The translations under genes were made by a program, and so were the position numbers. DNA of 64,000 nucleotides from Candidatus Caldarchaeum sp. (GTDB lineage Archaea; Thermoproteota; Nitrososphaeria_A; Caldarchaeales; Caldarchaeaceae), in the NCBI GenBank assembly GCA_038885755.1, contig JAVZZH010000003.1, forward strand, positions 1 to 64,000, read 5' to 3'. The notes beneath the pieces were generated by a model. That model had not been told where the DNA came from. It did not search any database and saw only the letters and a program-made list of their open reading frames with translations. This document shows positions 1 through 8,131 of the stretch, one piece after another (position 1 is the first letter of the stretch; every line of letters starts with the position of its first letter).

Positions 1-560
1 GCTGTCTCGCAGTGGGGGCAGACGGGCACTACTCGGTGGCTTTCGACGAGGTCTCCGCTTTCGTAGGCTTTCTTGAGCAGGTGCCAGACGTGCTCCATGT
101 ATTCCTCCCTACGGGTTTCGTAGGCGTTGTCGTAGTCGAGCCAGAGCCCGAGCCTCTCGCTGGCTCTCCGCCAGTGATAAAGGTAGTGGTCGACGACTTT
201 GTTGGCTTCCTCCACGAAGCGCTCAAGCCCGATCTTTTCGATGTCCCGCTTGCTCGTTATCCCCAGCCGTTTCTCAACCTCTATCTCCGTCGGCAGCCCC
301 TGACAGTCCCATCCAGCCCTCCGCCAGACGTTGAAGCCCTGCATGGTTTTATACCGTAGGACGATGTCCTTGTAAACCCTGCCCCTCGTATGCCCGATGT
401 GCATGTACCCGTTCACGGTCGGAGGCCCCTCCAGAAAAGAGAAGAGAGGCCCGTTCTTGTTCAGCTCCTCCACCTTCCTGAGGATGTCGAGCTTCTTCCA
501 CCTCTCCATCACAGCTTGCTCGACCGCTTGCGGTGAATATCTGCGTCCCAGCTCAATCAT
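1..560 (-). CDS. ileS: Isoleucine--tRNA ligase, N-terminal part (runs off window start)
   Basis: Manual translation from ATG at 560: MIELGRRYSPQAVEQ...FLEGPPTVNGYMHIGH...RAGWDCQGLPTE. HIGH motif and GWD.xGLP.E are typical of IleRS. Not in the ORF track. Confidence 0.93.
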   Translation of the reverse strand, partial: MIELGRRYSPQAVEQAVMERWKKLDILRKVEELNKNGPLFSFLEGPPTVNGYMHIGHTRGRVYKDIVLRYKTMQGFNVWRRAGWDCQGLPTEIEVEKRLGITSKRDIEKIGLERFVEEANKVVDHYLYHWRRASERLGLWLDYDNAYETRREEYMEHVWHLLKKAYESGDLVESHRVVPVCPHCET

Positions 561-658
561 CCGTTCCTGAGGAAACTGGAGTTAGTTTGCGCTCTTTAAA
601 TGTTTGTCAACCTATTTGGGGAGAAAACGTTTTAGCTTTCGTCGACATACCTACGATC

Positions 659-1150
659 ATGACCCGGGTGCTCGACGACCTGCCGGTTTTCCCGAGACCG
701 AAAGACCACGGCCATGTCCATCGACTACGTATAACAGGCTGTGTGGAGAAGCCTCTGGAGCTGACGGTCGACGACGTTCTAAACCTGCCTCCAGACCGTG
801 TGTCGTTTGACTTCGCGTGCTTGGAGGGCTGGGTCGTCCCCGACACGGACTGGGTTGGAGTAAAGGTTGAAACTCTGCTGAAACTCGCCGGGGTTCTGCC
901 TGAAGCCAACTACGCGGTCTTCAAGTCGGGAGACTTCACCGAGTGCTTCTCCTTGGCTGAAACCCATGACATGCTGGTTGCGTACATGCATCGTGGACAA
1001 CGCCTTACACCAGAGCATGGCGGACCGTTCCGCCTAGTTTTTCCACGGCAGAAATGCTACCAGAGCATAAAATGGCTCGAGGAGATAGAGTTGACCAGCA
1101 GCAGCGTCGAGGGGACGGCGTACAGGACGGCGCTGGCTAGGATTAAATGA
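659..1150 (+). CDS. Sulfite oxidase-family molybdopterin-binding oxidoreductase (single domain)
   Basis: FDFACLEGW, W.GV, L.PEHGGPFRLVFP and KWL..IE motifs. ATG 659 preferred over the ORF-track start at 533, which overlaps ileS. Confidence 0.85.
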   Translation: MTRVLDDLPVFPRPKDHGHVHRLRITGCVEKPLELTVDDVLNLPPDRVSFDFACLEGWVVPDTDWVGVKVETLLKLAGVLPEANYAVFKSGDFTECFSLAETHDMLVAYMHRGQRLTPEHGGPFRLVFPRQKCYQSIKWLEEIELTSSSVEGTAYRTALARIK

Positions 1151-1736
1151 GTTTCTCTATCTCTTTGACCATTTCTTCAGCCGGCATCTCCGGGGTTAAA
1201 ATCTTCCGGAGGACCAAGCTCCTGTCGCCTACGTAGATCACCGCCGAATGGATCGCGTAAGAGCCTTCGCCGGCCTGCTCCAACGGCCTTGCATGGTATT
1301 TCTGCCAGACGCTTGCTAACTCTTCCCATGTCCCCGTTAGAGCCACGATGCTCGGGCTGAAGCCTGCAACATATTTTTCCAGAGTCTTGGGATCGTCTCT
1401 CTGGGGGTCGGTTGTTATGAAAATCATCACAACCTCGTAGGCCCTGCTGCCCAGAAGCCTCTCAATCTCGGCGTACTTCTTCAAAGCCATCGGACATACG
1501 TCTGGACAGCTTGTGTAGCCGAAGAAGACCAGCACCACTTTCCCACGGAAAGAATCAAGGCTCACAACTTCCCCACGGGTGTTTTTGAGGCTGAAGCTAG
1601 GTAGAGGCCGGCCGCTGGCTATGTAGTCTCTACCATCCTCCCCTATGCTGTCTCCGCCCCTTGGGTAGAAAAAGAAAAATAATGATGCGAGTATTATGGC
1701 GAACAGCGGAGCGGCGAGAAGTTTCTTATCTTTCAT
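1143..1736 (-). CDS. SCO1/SenC copper chaperone
   Basis: N-terminal TM helix, FFGYTSCPDVCP (CxxxC), TDP.RD and conserved His in IHSA. Confidence 0.93.
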   Translation of the reverse strand: MKDKKLLAAPLFAIILASLFFFFYPRGGDSIGEDGRDYIASGRPLPSFSLKNTRGEVVSLDSFRGKVVLVFFGYTSCPDVCPMALKKYAEIERLLGSRAYEVVMIFITTDPQRDDPKTLEKYVAGFSPSIVALTGTWEELASVWQKYHARPLEQAGEGSYAIHSAVIYVGDRSLVLRKILTPEMPAEEMVKEIEKLI

Positions 1737-3183
1737 TCTTTTTCGACGACCTTTCGCCTACGAAAATGAGAAGCGACAGCGCACCCAGTCCTCCGACGAA
1801 AACAACCAAGGCTGTTAGGTCAACCGTGAAACCCAGCCCCCCGCCTCCGGCAGAGATGCCTGCTGCCTGATAAGCCACGATGACCCCCTTCATGTATGGA
1901 TGTACGCCGCAGATATACTGGTATTCTCCCTCCTTCTCGATCTTGAAGCTGAACTGCTCCGCGTTTTTCAACAACTGCGAGGCGAAAGAGACTGGGCCCT
2001 GAACGACTGCGACGTTGTGCTGGCCCGTGATCTCCCCCGCGCCTATGCTCAGCACGTCTTCGTTGACCCAGACGACTGTCGACCCAACGGGAACTCTCGA
2101 TATCTTAGGGTAGAAGCTGTTTCCAACCATCTGTATCACGACTCTCTCGCCTGGGAAGAATGTTCGGGGTTCGTCCTGCGAGGTCGGCTCGAAAGGTGCT
2201 ACGACACGCCTTACTTTCCCATCGGGTGTTTGTGAAGGGCCTTGAGGCAGGACCGTAGGTGTACGTGTTGCGTTGACTGATGACGCTATTAACCCGACAG
2301 CTCCCTTGATGGCTTGCGTGCCGAAGGCGTGAGACACTATGAGGAAGTTGCCTTCAGCGGGCACACGCCACTCGATGACGTACGAGTCCGTCGGGCCGAC
2401 AGTCACGGTCTGCAGGCCCACCACCACGTTGTTGGGGTTGCCTCCCTGGTAGGAATATTCCCAGATCCCTCCGACGGCGTGGAAGCTGGACGTCAGGCTT
2501 GGCCCTACGTTGAGGAAGTAGAACCTGACGTAGTCTCCTGGCCGGGCTTGTATGGGCTCGCCCACGTAGCGAAACACTTTACCGTTGAACATCACGTAGG
2601 CTGCTTTGCCGTCGAAGAAGTCTCGACCGTTCAGGTAAACTTCGTGCTGGACGAGGTAGATTTTTATGTCAGGCTCCCGGCCCAGCTGACGTTCAAGAAG
2701 ATAACTGCCACTCTTAGGCTCCACCACAACCATGCCGTACATCCCGGCAAGAGTGTGTGTGAGAATCCCATGCCCTCCCGGGGCGCAGTGGTACATGTAA
2801 ACTCCAGGGAAATCAGCCTTGAAAACCAGCCTACCCTCTCCGCCGGGAGCGATGTTGCCGACAAACTTGGATGTCTGCGTGTTCGCAGCATGTATCGAAA
2901 GACCGTGGGTATACTTGCCTTGATTCTTAACAATTATTTCAACAACATCTCCTTCCTGGACTAAGATCAACGGCCCGGGAGACGTTCCGTTGAAAACGAA
3001 AGCCCTGAACACTATGCCTTCGTCGATCACTACGTCGGCTTCATCCGCAATCAGCACGAAGGTTTTGTCTGGCTTGGCGTTGGGAGGCGGGTTGCCCGGC
3101 ACGCCCGGAGCATACTCAAAAGCCGAGGCCGACGTCAGAGCCAACAATACTGCGATGACGAACAAGACACGAACAGGCTTCAT
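1726..3183 (-). CDS. nirK: Copper nitrite reductase with extra C-terminal cupredoxin domain and TM anchor
   Basis: Signal peptide; HGLSIH, YHCAPG...H...GMYG, SSFHAVG and VSH copper/catalytic motifs; C-terminal HNV...YICGVHPYM type-1 Cu site; hydrophobic tail. Confidence 0.88.
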   Translation of the reverse strand: MKPVRVLFVIAVLLALTSASAFEYAPGVPGNPPPNAKPDKTFVLIADEADVVIDEGIVFRAFVFNGTSPGPLILVQEGDVVEIIVKNQGKYTHGLSIHAANTQTSKFVGNIAPGGEGRLVFKADFPGVYMYHCAPGGHGILTHTLAGMYGMVVVEPKSGSYLLERQLGREPDIKIYLVQHEVYLNGRDFFDGKAAYVMFNGKVFRYVGEPIQARPGDYVRFYFLNVGPSLTSSFHAVGGIWEYSYQGGNPNNVVVGLQTVTVGPTDSYVIEWRVPAEGNFLIVSHAFGTQAIKGAVGLIASSVNATRTPTVLPQGPSQTPDGKVRRVVAPFEPTSQDEPRTFFPGERVVIQMVGNSFYPKISRVPVGSTVVWVNEDVLSIGAGEITGQHNVAVVQGPVSFASQLLKNAEQFSFKIEKEGEYQYICGVHPYMKGVIVAYQAAGISAGGGGLGFTVDLTALVVFVGGLGALSLLIFVGERSSKKNER

Positions 3184-3208
3184 GGATATAATAGCTGATG
3201 CGTGTTTT

Positions 3209-3274
3209 AAAAATCACTTATGCAACAGTGTTGCATCATGCCTCAGCATGATTTAAATGTTCTGAGTGATTTTT
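3209..3274. promoter_or_regulatory. Divergent nirK/regulator promoter with palindromic operator
   Basis: Perfect 8-1-8 palindrome ATGCAACA-G-TGTTGCAT (3220-3236) flanked by inverted AAAAATCACT (3209-3218) and AGTGATTTTT (3265-3274); TTTAAA TATA-like elements. Confidence 0.65.
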
Positions 3275-3315
3275 TGCATGTTCATGATTTAAGGTGGTGC
3301 TTCTGTCTCAAAATC

Positions 3316-3963
3316 ATGGTTTTAACCCGCCAAATCCTTAGACTGCTGGACAGCTTGAGAGCCTCGCCGAACCAGCTCGCGGTGGTGGTCAAGAACAGCA
3401 ATTGCAAGGTTGTCCAGATGCTTCTGTCCAAGAATTTAGAAGGTACCTTCAGAAACATCAGGGTGGGCGAGAATACATCGAGCCACCTCATACATCTCTC
3501 CAAACCAGTCGACGTAAGAGATGTTTATACACCGGACACGTCGGTTTACACGATGGGCCGCAGCTTTCTGTGGATAGACGGGCCGAGCTGCACGGCCTGC
3601 AAGACTCTGTCTAAGAACTCCGCTATCCCTACCAACGTGATGTTCATAAAAGGTGTCGGCGTGATATTCTCGTTCCTGACACCCGGACCCATGGTTTCGA
3701 AGAAGATTGTTGAAAGCATGAAGGCTGAGGGGCTTGAGGTTGATGTTCTCAGAAGGTCTTCACTGAACTTACGGCAAGTTTTGACAGAGAAACAAAGCGA
3801 TGTGCTTTTCACAGCCATCTCGATGGGTTATTTCTCGCCACAGAGAGAGGCCAGTCTGACGGACATCGCTGAGAAGCTGGGGCTTTCGAAGTCCACCGTC
3901 TCGAGGCATCTGAGGGCGGCGGTCAGGAAGCTGGCGCTGTCCATTCCTGCTAAAACCCTATAG
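3316..3963 (+). CDS. Bat/HTH_10-type transcriptional regulator
   Basis: C-terminal LTEKQ..VL..A..MGYF..PQR.ASL.DIAEKLGLSKSTVS.HLR.A; CTAC motif. ATG 3316 preferred over the upstream ORF-track start. Confidence 0.88.
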   Translation: MVLTRQILRLLDSLRASPNQLAVVVKNSNCKVVQMLLSKNLEGTFRNIRVGENTSSHLIHLSKPVDVRDVYTPDTSVYTMGRSFLWIDGPSCTACKTLSKNSAIPTNVMFIKGVGVIFSFLTPGPMVSKKIVESMKAEGLEVDVLRRSSLNLRQVLTEKQSDVLFTAISMGYFSPQREASLTDIAEKLGLSKSTVSRHLRAAVRKLALSIPAKTL

Positions 3964-4459
3964 GCGTGCCCATCCTGCCGTGGAAAACGAGGGACTCGAC
4001 AGGCTGTCTGTTTTTACGGCCTAGAACTTTCCTCCTGGGGTAGCCGAACCCGACCACGCACGCTATGTGGTAGTCGGACGGTATGCCGAACTTCATCCTC
4101 ATAGCTTTCTCGTCGTATCCAGTGTAGATCCGGGAGCCGACTCCACGGTTCCAAGCGGCCAGCTGCATGTATGTTATTACTCGGCCTGCGTCGAGGAGAT
4201 GCCATGGATACTTTGGCGATGTCAAGACTATGACGGCGAATGAGCAGCCCGAGACCCATTTGCCGGACAGGCTTATCTCCGCGAGAGTCTTCAAGTCTTC
4301 TGGCGCGTCTACGTATATGAACCTCCAGTGCTGGCTGTTGAGCCCGCTCGGGGACAGCCTCGCCGCCTCGAATATCTCTTTCACAACCTCCTTCGGAACA
4401 GCCCTAGCGTCGTACTCCTTCAGCTCAAGCTTGGTCCTGATAGCTTCGAGGACATCCAT
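3950..4459 (-). CDS. Nitroreductase family protein
   Basis: AARLSPSGLNSQHWRF, MQLAAW..GVGS and GFGYP motifs. Confidence 0.9.
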   Translation of the reverse strand: MDVLEAIRTKLELKEYDARAVPKEVVKEIFEAARLSPSGLNSQHWRFIYVDAPEDLKTLAEISLSGKWVSGCSFAVIVLTSPKYPWHLLDAGRVITYMQLAAWNRGVGSRIYTGYDEKAMRMKFGIPSDYHIACVVGFGYPRRKVLGRKNRQPVESLVFHGRMGTPIGF

Positions 4460-4494
4460 GAGGATAGTCGGCGGCGAGGGTATAAAAAGTCTAT

Positions 4495-5505
4495 CTACAT
4501 CTCAGCCATGAACCGCCACAGCTCGTCCTGAACATGCCCCTTAAGCTTCTGCTCGCCGTCCTCGCTGAAGATTCGCATGCCTTTTCTCCGCTCCACAATC
4601 CTGCCGATGACGCTTGCTCCCGTCTTTTGAACGACTCGCCTCCTGAGCTTGCGTGCCGTGGCCAGCAACGTCCCCGAGCTGATGAGCTTGAGCGGGTCGA
4701 TATCCAGCGCCTTGGTTATCCGAGCAACCAGAGGGTCTATCAAAACCTTCGACCTGTCTACGTAGAAGCCGACGGACGAAGCCTGAGCCATCTCGTACAG
4801 CCCTCCCAGCAGCCCTCCCTCAGTCGGGTCGTGCATGGCTGAGACGCCTGCTCTTGCAAAAGCCAAAGCCTCCTCGACCACGCTGGTCTTTCTTATCAGG
4901 CCCGCAGCCCGCCTGATAGACTCTGGGTCTAGTTTCTTCTTCCTCAGGAGCGTCGGATAGTCTGAGGCTATGATGGAGACCCCCTCGAGCCCCACTGACT
5001 TTACCATCAGTATGTAGTCGCCGGGACGCGCCCCGCTGCTGGTTATCAGCCTGCCGGCGGCGAGCCTACCTATCATGTGTCCAACTACTGTGGGAGATGC
5101 GACGAACGGAGCTATCTCGGAGTGGCCGGTCACTACCGCTGTTTTTAGGCGGCGGCACGCCGAGCTGATTTGTCTGACGATTCTGGAGAGGTCTCCAGTC
5201 CCGCTTCTCTCCGGCAGCAGTATTGTTGAAGAGAACCAGAGAGGCCTAGCTCCTGAAACAGCTACGTCGTTGGCTGACGCGTGGACAGCCAGCCATCCTA
5301 CAAACTGCTTCGAACCCGTGATCGGGTCTGTCGACAGGACGTAGACGTCTTTAGATGCTTTAACGGCCCCCGCGTCTTCGCCGAACCCCGGCCACAGAAC
5401 AACGTCCCCACGCATATATCCCCTGTGCCTGAGAACGTATCTTTTCAGGACATGCTCCGGCAGCTTTCCCACCGGCAGAGGCCTTGTCATCGTTTCATCC
5501 TTCAA
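4495..5505 (-). CDS. AIR synthase-related (HypE/ThiL-like) protein
   Basis: GEDAG, STDPITG, ANDVA, GHSE and MHDPTEGGL motifs. Confidence 0.88.
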   Translation of the reverse strand: MKDETMTRPLPVGKLPEHVLKRYVLRHRGYMRGDVVLWPGFGEDAGAVKASKDVYVLSTDPITGSKQFVGWLAVHASANDVAVSGARPLWFSSTILLPERSGTGDLSRIVRQISSACRRLKTAVVTGHSEIAPFVASPTVVGHMIGRLAAGRLITSSGARPGDYILMVKSVGLEGVSIIASDYPTLLRKKKLDPESIRRAAGLIRKTSVVEEALAFARAGVSAMHDPTEGGLLGGLYEMAQASSVGFYVDRSKVLIDPLVARITKALDIDPLKLISSGTLLATARKLRRRVVQKTGASVIGRIVERRKGMRIFSEDGEQKLKGHVQDELWRFMAEM

Positions 5506-6100
5506 GGGCCTGCATTATCTGGCTGGCCTTCCTTGCGTCGGAGGCGTTTTGAACCCGGGTCAAGAACCTCAGCTTGTCGTCGAAGACCCGGAAGCTCTGG
5601 GCAGAGATGTAAAGGACGTTGTTGACGCGTTTGACAAGGTCTGCGATATGCATGTCGGGGTTCTCCTTCATGGCTTTGAGGAACGGCTCCACCCTGTAGG
5701 ATGCGGGCATGAACTCGGGCTTGTCGAAGAAAGGGCGCGGAATCCCCGCCGAGAACCTCGAGACGATGCTGCGGAGAAAGCTCGTTATGTCTTTGTTGAT
5801 GAAGGGGGTGTCGCACGGCAGCACCAACACCCCCTGAGCTCCGGCCTTGTTGAAGACAGGCTCCAGCTGAAAACGCATGTCAAGTTTTTCATCAACAGCC
5901 TCCTCCAGCTCGGCGCTGTACTCGTCGGCCAAGACACGGTAGTCCTCCATGCTATCTCTGCTCGACAGTATGAATATGGACTTGGAGTCGTCTGGAACCG
6001 AGTCGAGAACATATTCTATCATCGGCCTGTTGTTTATCTTCAGCAAGCCCCTCCTGCCAGAGGGCCCCATGTTGGCGAAAACAGCGGTGATGTAGTCCAT
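5495..6100 (-). CDS. MobA-like NTP transferase (degenerate N-terminal motif)
   Basis: GLLKINNRPMIEYV and VLPCDTPFI; lacks the usual LAGG motif. Confidence 0.7.
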   Translation of the reverse strand: MDYITAVFANMGPSGRRGLLKINNRPMIEYVLDSVPDDSKSIFILSSRDSMEDYRVLADEYSAELEEAVDEKLDMRFQLEPVFNKAGAQGVLVLPCDTPFINKDITSFLRSIVSRFSAGIPRPFFDKPEFMPASYRVEPFLKAMKENPDMHIADLVKRVNNVLYISAQSFRVFDDKLRFLTRVQNASDARKASQIMQALEG

Positions 6101-6102
6101 GA

Positions 6103-7050
6103 CTATTTTCCCAGCTTCTCCCTCAGCTTCTGGTTCAGGAGTGGGAGTATTTTGTAGAGGTCTCCGACGAACAGGTAGTCGGATTCGGCGGCTATTGGTG
6201 CGTTGGGGTCTGTGTTGACCGCTATGACAGTCCTCGAGTCCCTCATACCGACTAAATGCTGCACCTGCCCTGAAATGCCTAGAGCTAGGTAGAGCTTAGG
6301 CCTCACCCTCTTGCCCGAAAGACCTATGTGCCTTTCCTCGCTCAGCCACTTAAGGTCTCCTGAGATAGGCCTGCTGCATCCCACCTCAGCACCTAGAAGT
6401 CGGGCGAGTTCCTCAGCCATGGCTAGGTCCTCCTTCTTCTTGAACCCTCTTCCGACTGCGACAATCACGTCAGCCTTCTCCAGCTCCACGTGAGAGGTCT
6501 CAGGCTTGATGAACTCGACGAACTCCAGCGCAGGTGTTGAGACAGACACGTCAAGCTTCTCCACAACTGGTTCAGCCCTCACTTCTTCACCTAGTTCGGC
6601 TGATGCTTTGAGGCTCACGACACACGGGCTCTGCTTGAGCAGCATCTTAGACGCATACCCCCCGCCCAGCACAAGCCTCCTAGCCACAAGCCCTCCGGAA
6701 CTCATCTCCAGCGAGAAACATTCGGGGGCGTACGGAGCTCCAAGCCGTTGAGCAGCCCGCGCAGCTAACTCATTACCTGTTTTGGAGGCCCATACTGCGA
6801 GGACGTCGGAGGATGTTTTCACGACCAGCTCCGCCAAAGCGGCTGAGGCGGAGGGCTCTCCAGCCGTCCAAACACTGCTGGGGAGAAGCCACACCCGCTC
6901 AACCCCGGCTCTTCCCAGCAATTCAGCCTCTTTAGGCGAAAGCTCGTTGAACGACGCAGCTGACACATCCACTCCCGGCAGGCTTTTCTTCAAGTAGGCC
7001 GCCGCCCCGGCAGCCTGTTCCGCTTTCTCCGAGAAGACCACAGCCTTCAT
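6103..7050 (-). CDS. etfA: Electron transfer flavoprotein alpha subunit
   Basis: VAVGRG, VGCSRP, IGLSGK.V.PKLY.ALGISGQVQH..GM and AVNTDPNAPI. Confidence 0.95.
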   Translation of the reverse strand: MKAVVFSEKAEQAAGAAAYLKKSLPGVDVSAASFNELSPKEAELLGRAGVERVWLLPSSVWTAGEPSASAALAELVVKTSSDVLAVWASKTGNELAARAAQRLGAPYAPECFSLEMSSGGLVARRLVLGGGYASKMLLKQSPCVVSLKASAELGEEVRAEPVVEKLDVSVSTPALEFVEFIKPETSHVELEKADVIVAVGRGFKKKEDLAMAEELARLLGAEVGCSRPISGDLKWLSEERHIGLSGKRVRPKLYLALGISGQVQHLVGMRDSRTVIAVNTDPNAPIAAESDYLFVGDLYKILPLLNQKLREKLGK

Positions 7051-7832
7051 CTCTTCAAAACCCCCAGCCCGAGTATAGTTTCAGCAAGCCTCTCGGCGAG
7101 CTCCTCCGGCTTACCATCATAGACCTGCCTACGCCTCTCCGTCTTCAAAGCCCTAACCTCAAGGATTTCAGTCTTCGGGGCGAGCATGTCGTCTGTGAGC
7201 CCCAGCTCGTCTCGTTTCACCTCGACGAGCGGCTTCTTCTGAGAAGCTCTGATCATCAGTAGGCTCGGGAGACGTGGAGTGTTGATCTCGAGCCCCACCG
7301 TTGCGACAGCCGGGGTCTTGCAGGAAACGACTTTCACACCATCCTCCAGAGACTTCCAAGCCTTGACCGCTCCGCCGAGCCATTCGAGCTTGTTGACGTA
7401 AGAGACATGGGGTACGTTGAAGATCTCCGCCAGCCTAGGCCCTGTCTGGTAAGCGTTTTCATCGAGAGACGCTTCTCCACACAGGATGAGGTCCCAATTC
7501 CCAACACGCCTCTCTATAATCCTAGACAGGACCAGAGCGGTCACGTATCCGTCGGCCTTCATCATGGCTGGGTCGGAGAAAACATAGGCTTCGTCAGCCC
7601 CCATCGCCAGACATTCTCTGACGAGCATGGGCTTGACATCGGCCCCCGCCGTCGCCACTACAACCCTGCCGCCGTGCTTCTCCTTAATCCTCACGGCTTC
7701 CTCGAGCGCGTTGAGGTCAAAGTCGCTGTTCTTAGCTTGGGCCTGAGTCGTTAAAGGAGCCTGAGTCTCGGGATGCGGTTTGAGCTGGTAGACGTCGACG
7801 GTCTGCTTCACGCACACAACTATGTCAGGCAT
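7047..7832 (-). CDS. etfB: Electron transfer flavoprotein beta subunit
   Basis: IVVCVKQ, D.NALEEA, LAMGAD, LILCGEAS.D and NTPRLP. Confidence 0.95.
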   Translation of the reverse strand: MPDIVVCVKQTVDVYQLKPHPETQAPLTTQAQAKNSDFDLNALEEAVRIKEKHGGRVVVATAGADVKPMLVRECLAMGADEAYVFSDPAMMKADGYVTALVLSRIIERRVGNWDLILCGEASLDENAYQTGPRLAEIFNVPHVSYVNKLEWLGGAVKAWKSLEDGVKVVSCKTPAVATVGLEINTPRLPSLLMIRASQKKPLVEVKRDELGLTDDMLAPKTEILEVRALKTERRRQVYDGKPEELAERLAETILGLGVLKR

Positions 7833-8131
7833 GGCTCAAACCAGAGTGTCAGCGGCGACTAAAATACTGTATCCGAATCGCTTGTCTAACACGTTTACCG
7901 GCTTTCCGTGAGCGGTTCATCGGAAGGCTTCCCTCAGCTCCTCCCTAGCTTTTTTAAGACATGTTTTCTTGAAGCGTATGGCTGTGAACAAAGCATTTCA
8001 GAAAAAGCTCTGACCCTAACACTCACCTCCACCGTAAGGGTCTGATGAAACACCGTAGAGGGCTGAAGCAGGAGTTGTTATTCTGCATCAAAAACTGAAT
8101 ATGGTTAGAAAAAGGTTCGGGCGTGCAGTCT

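Noticed and set aside
12-359. Opposite-strand and overlapping ORFs such as 12-359, 2314-2964, 41317-42087 and 61564-62325
   Set aside because: Shadows of well-supported genes on the other strand or frame; no recognisable motifs.
8010-8095. Hammerhead ribozyme suggested by CTGATGA...GAA and flanking hairpins
   Set aside because: No pairable stem II, GAAG instead of GAAA, and no NUH site in the right position.
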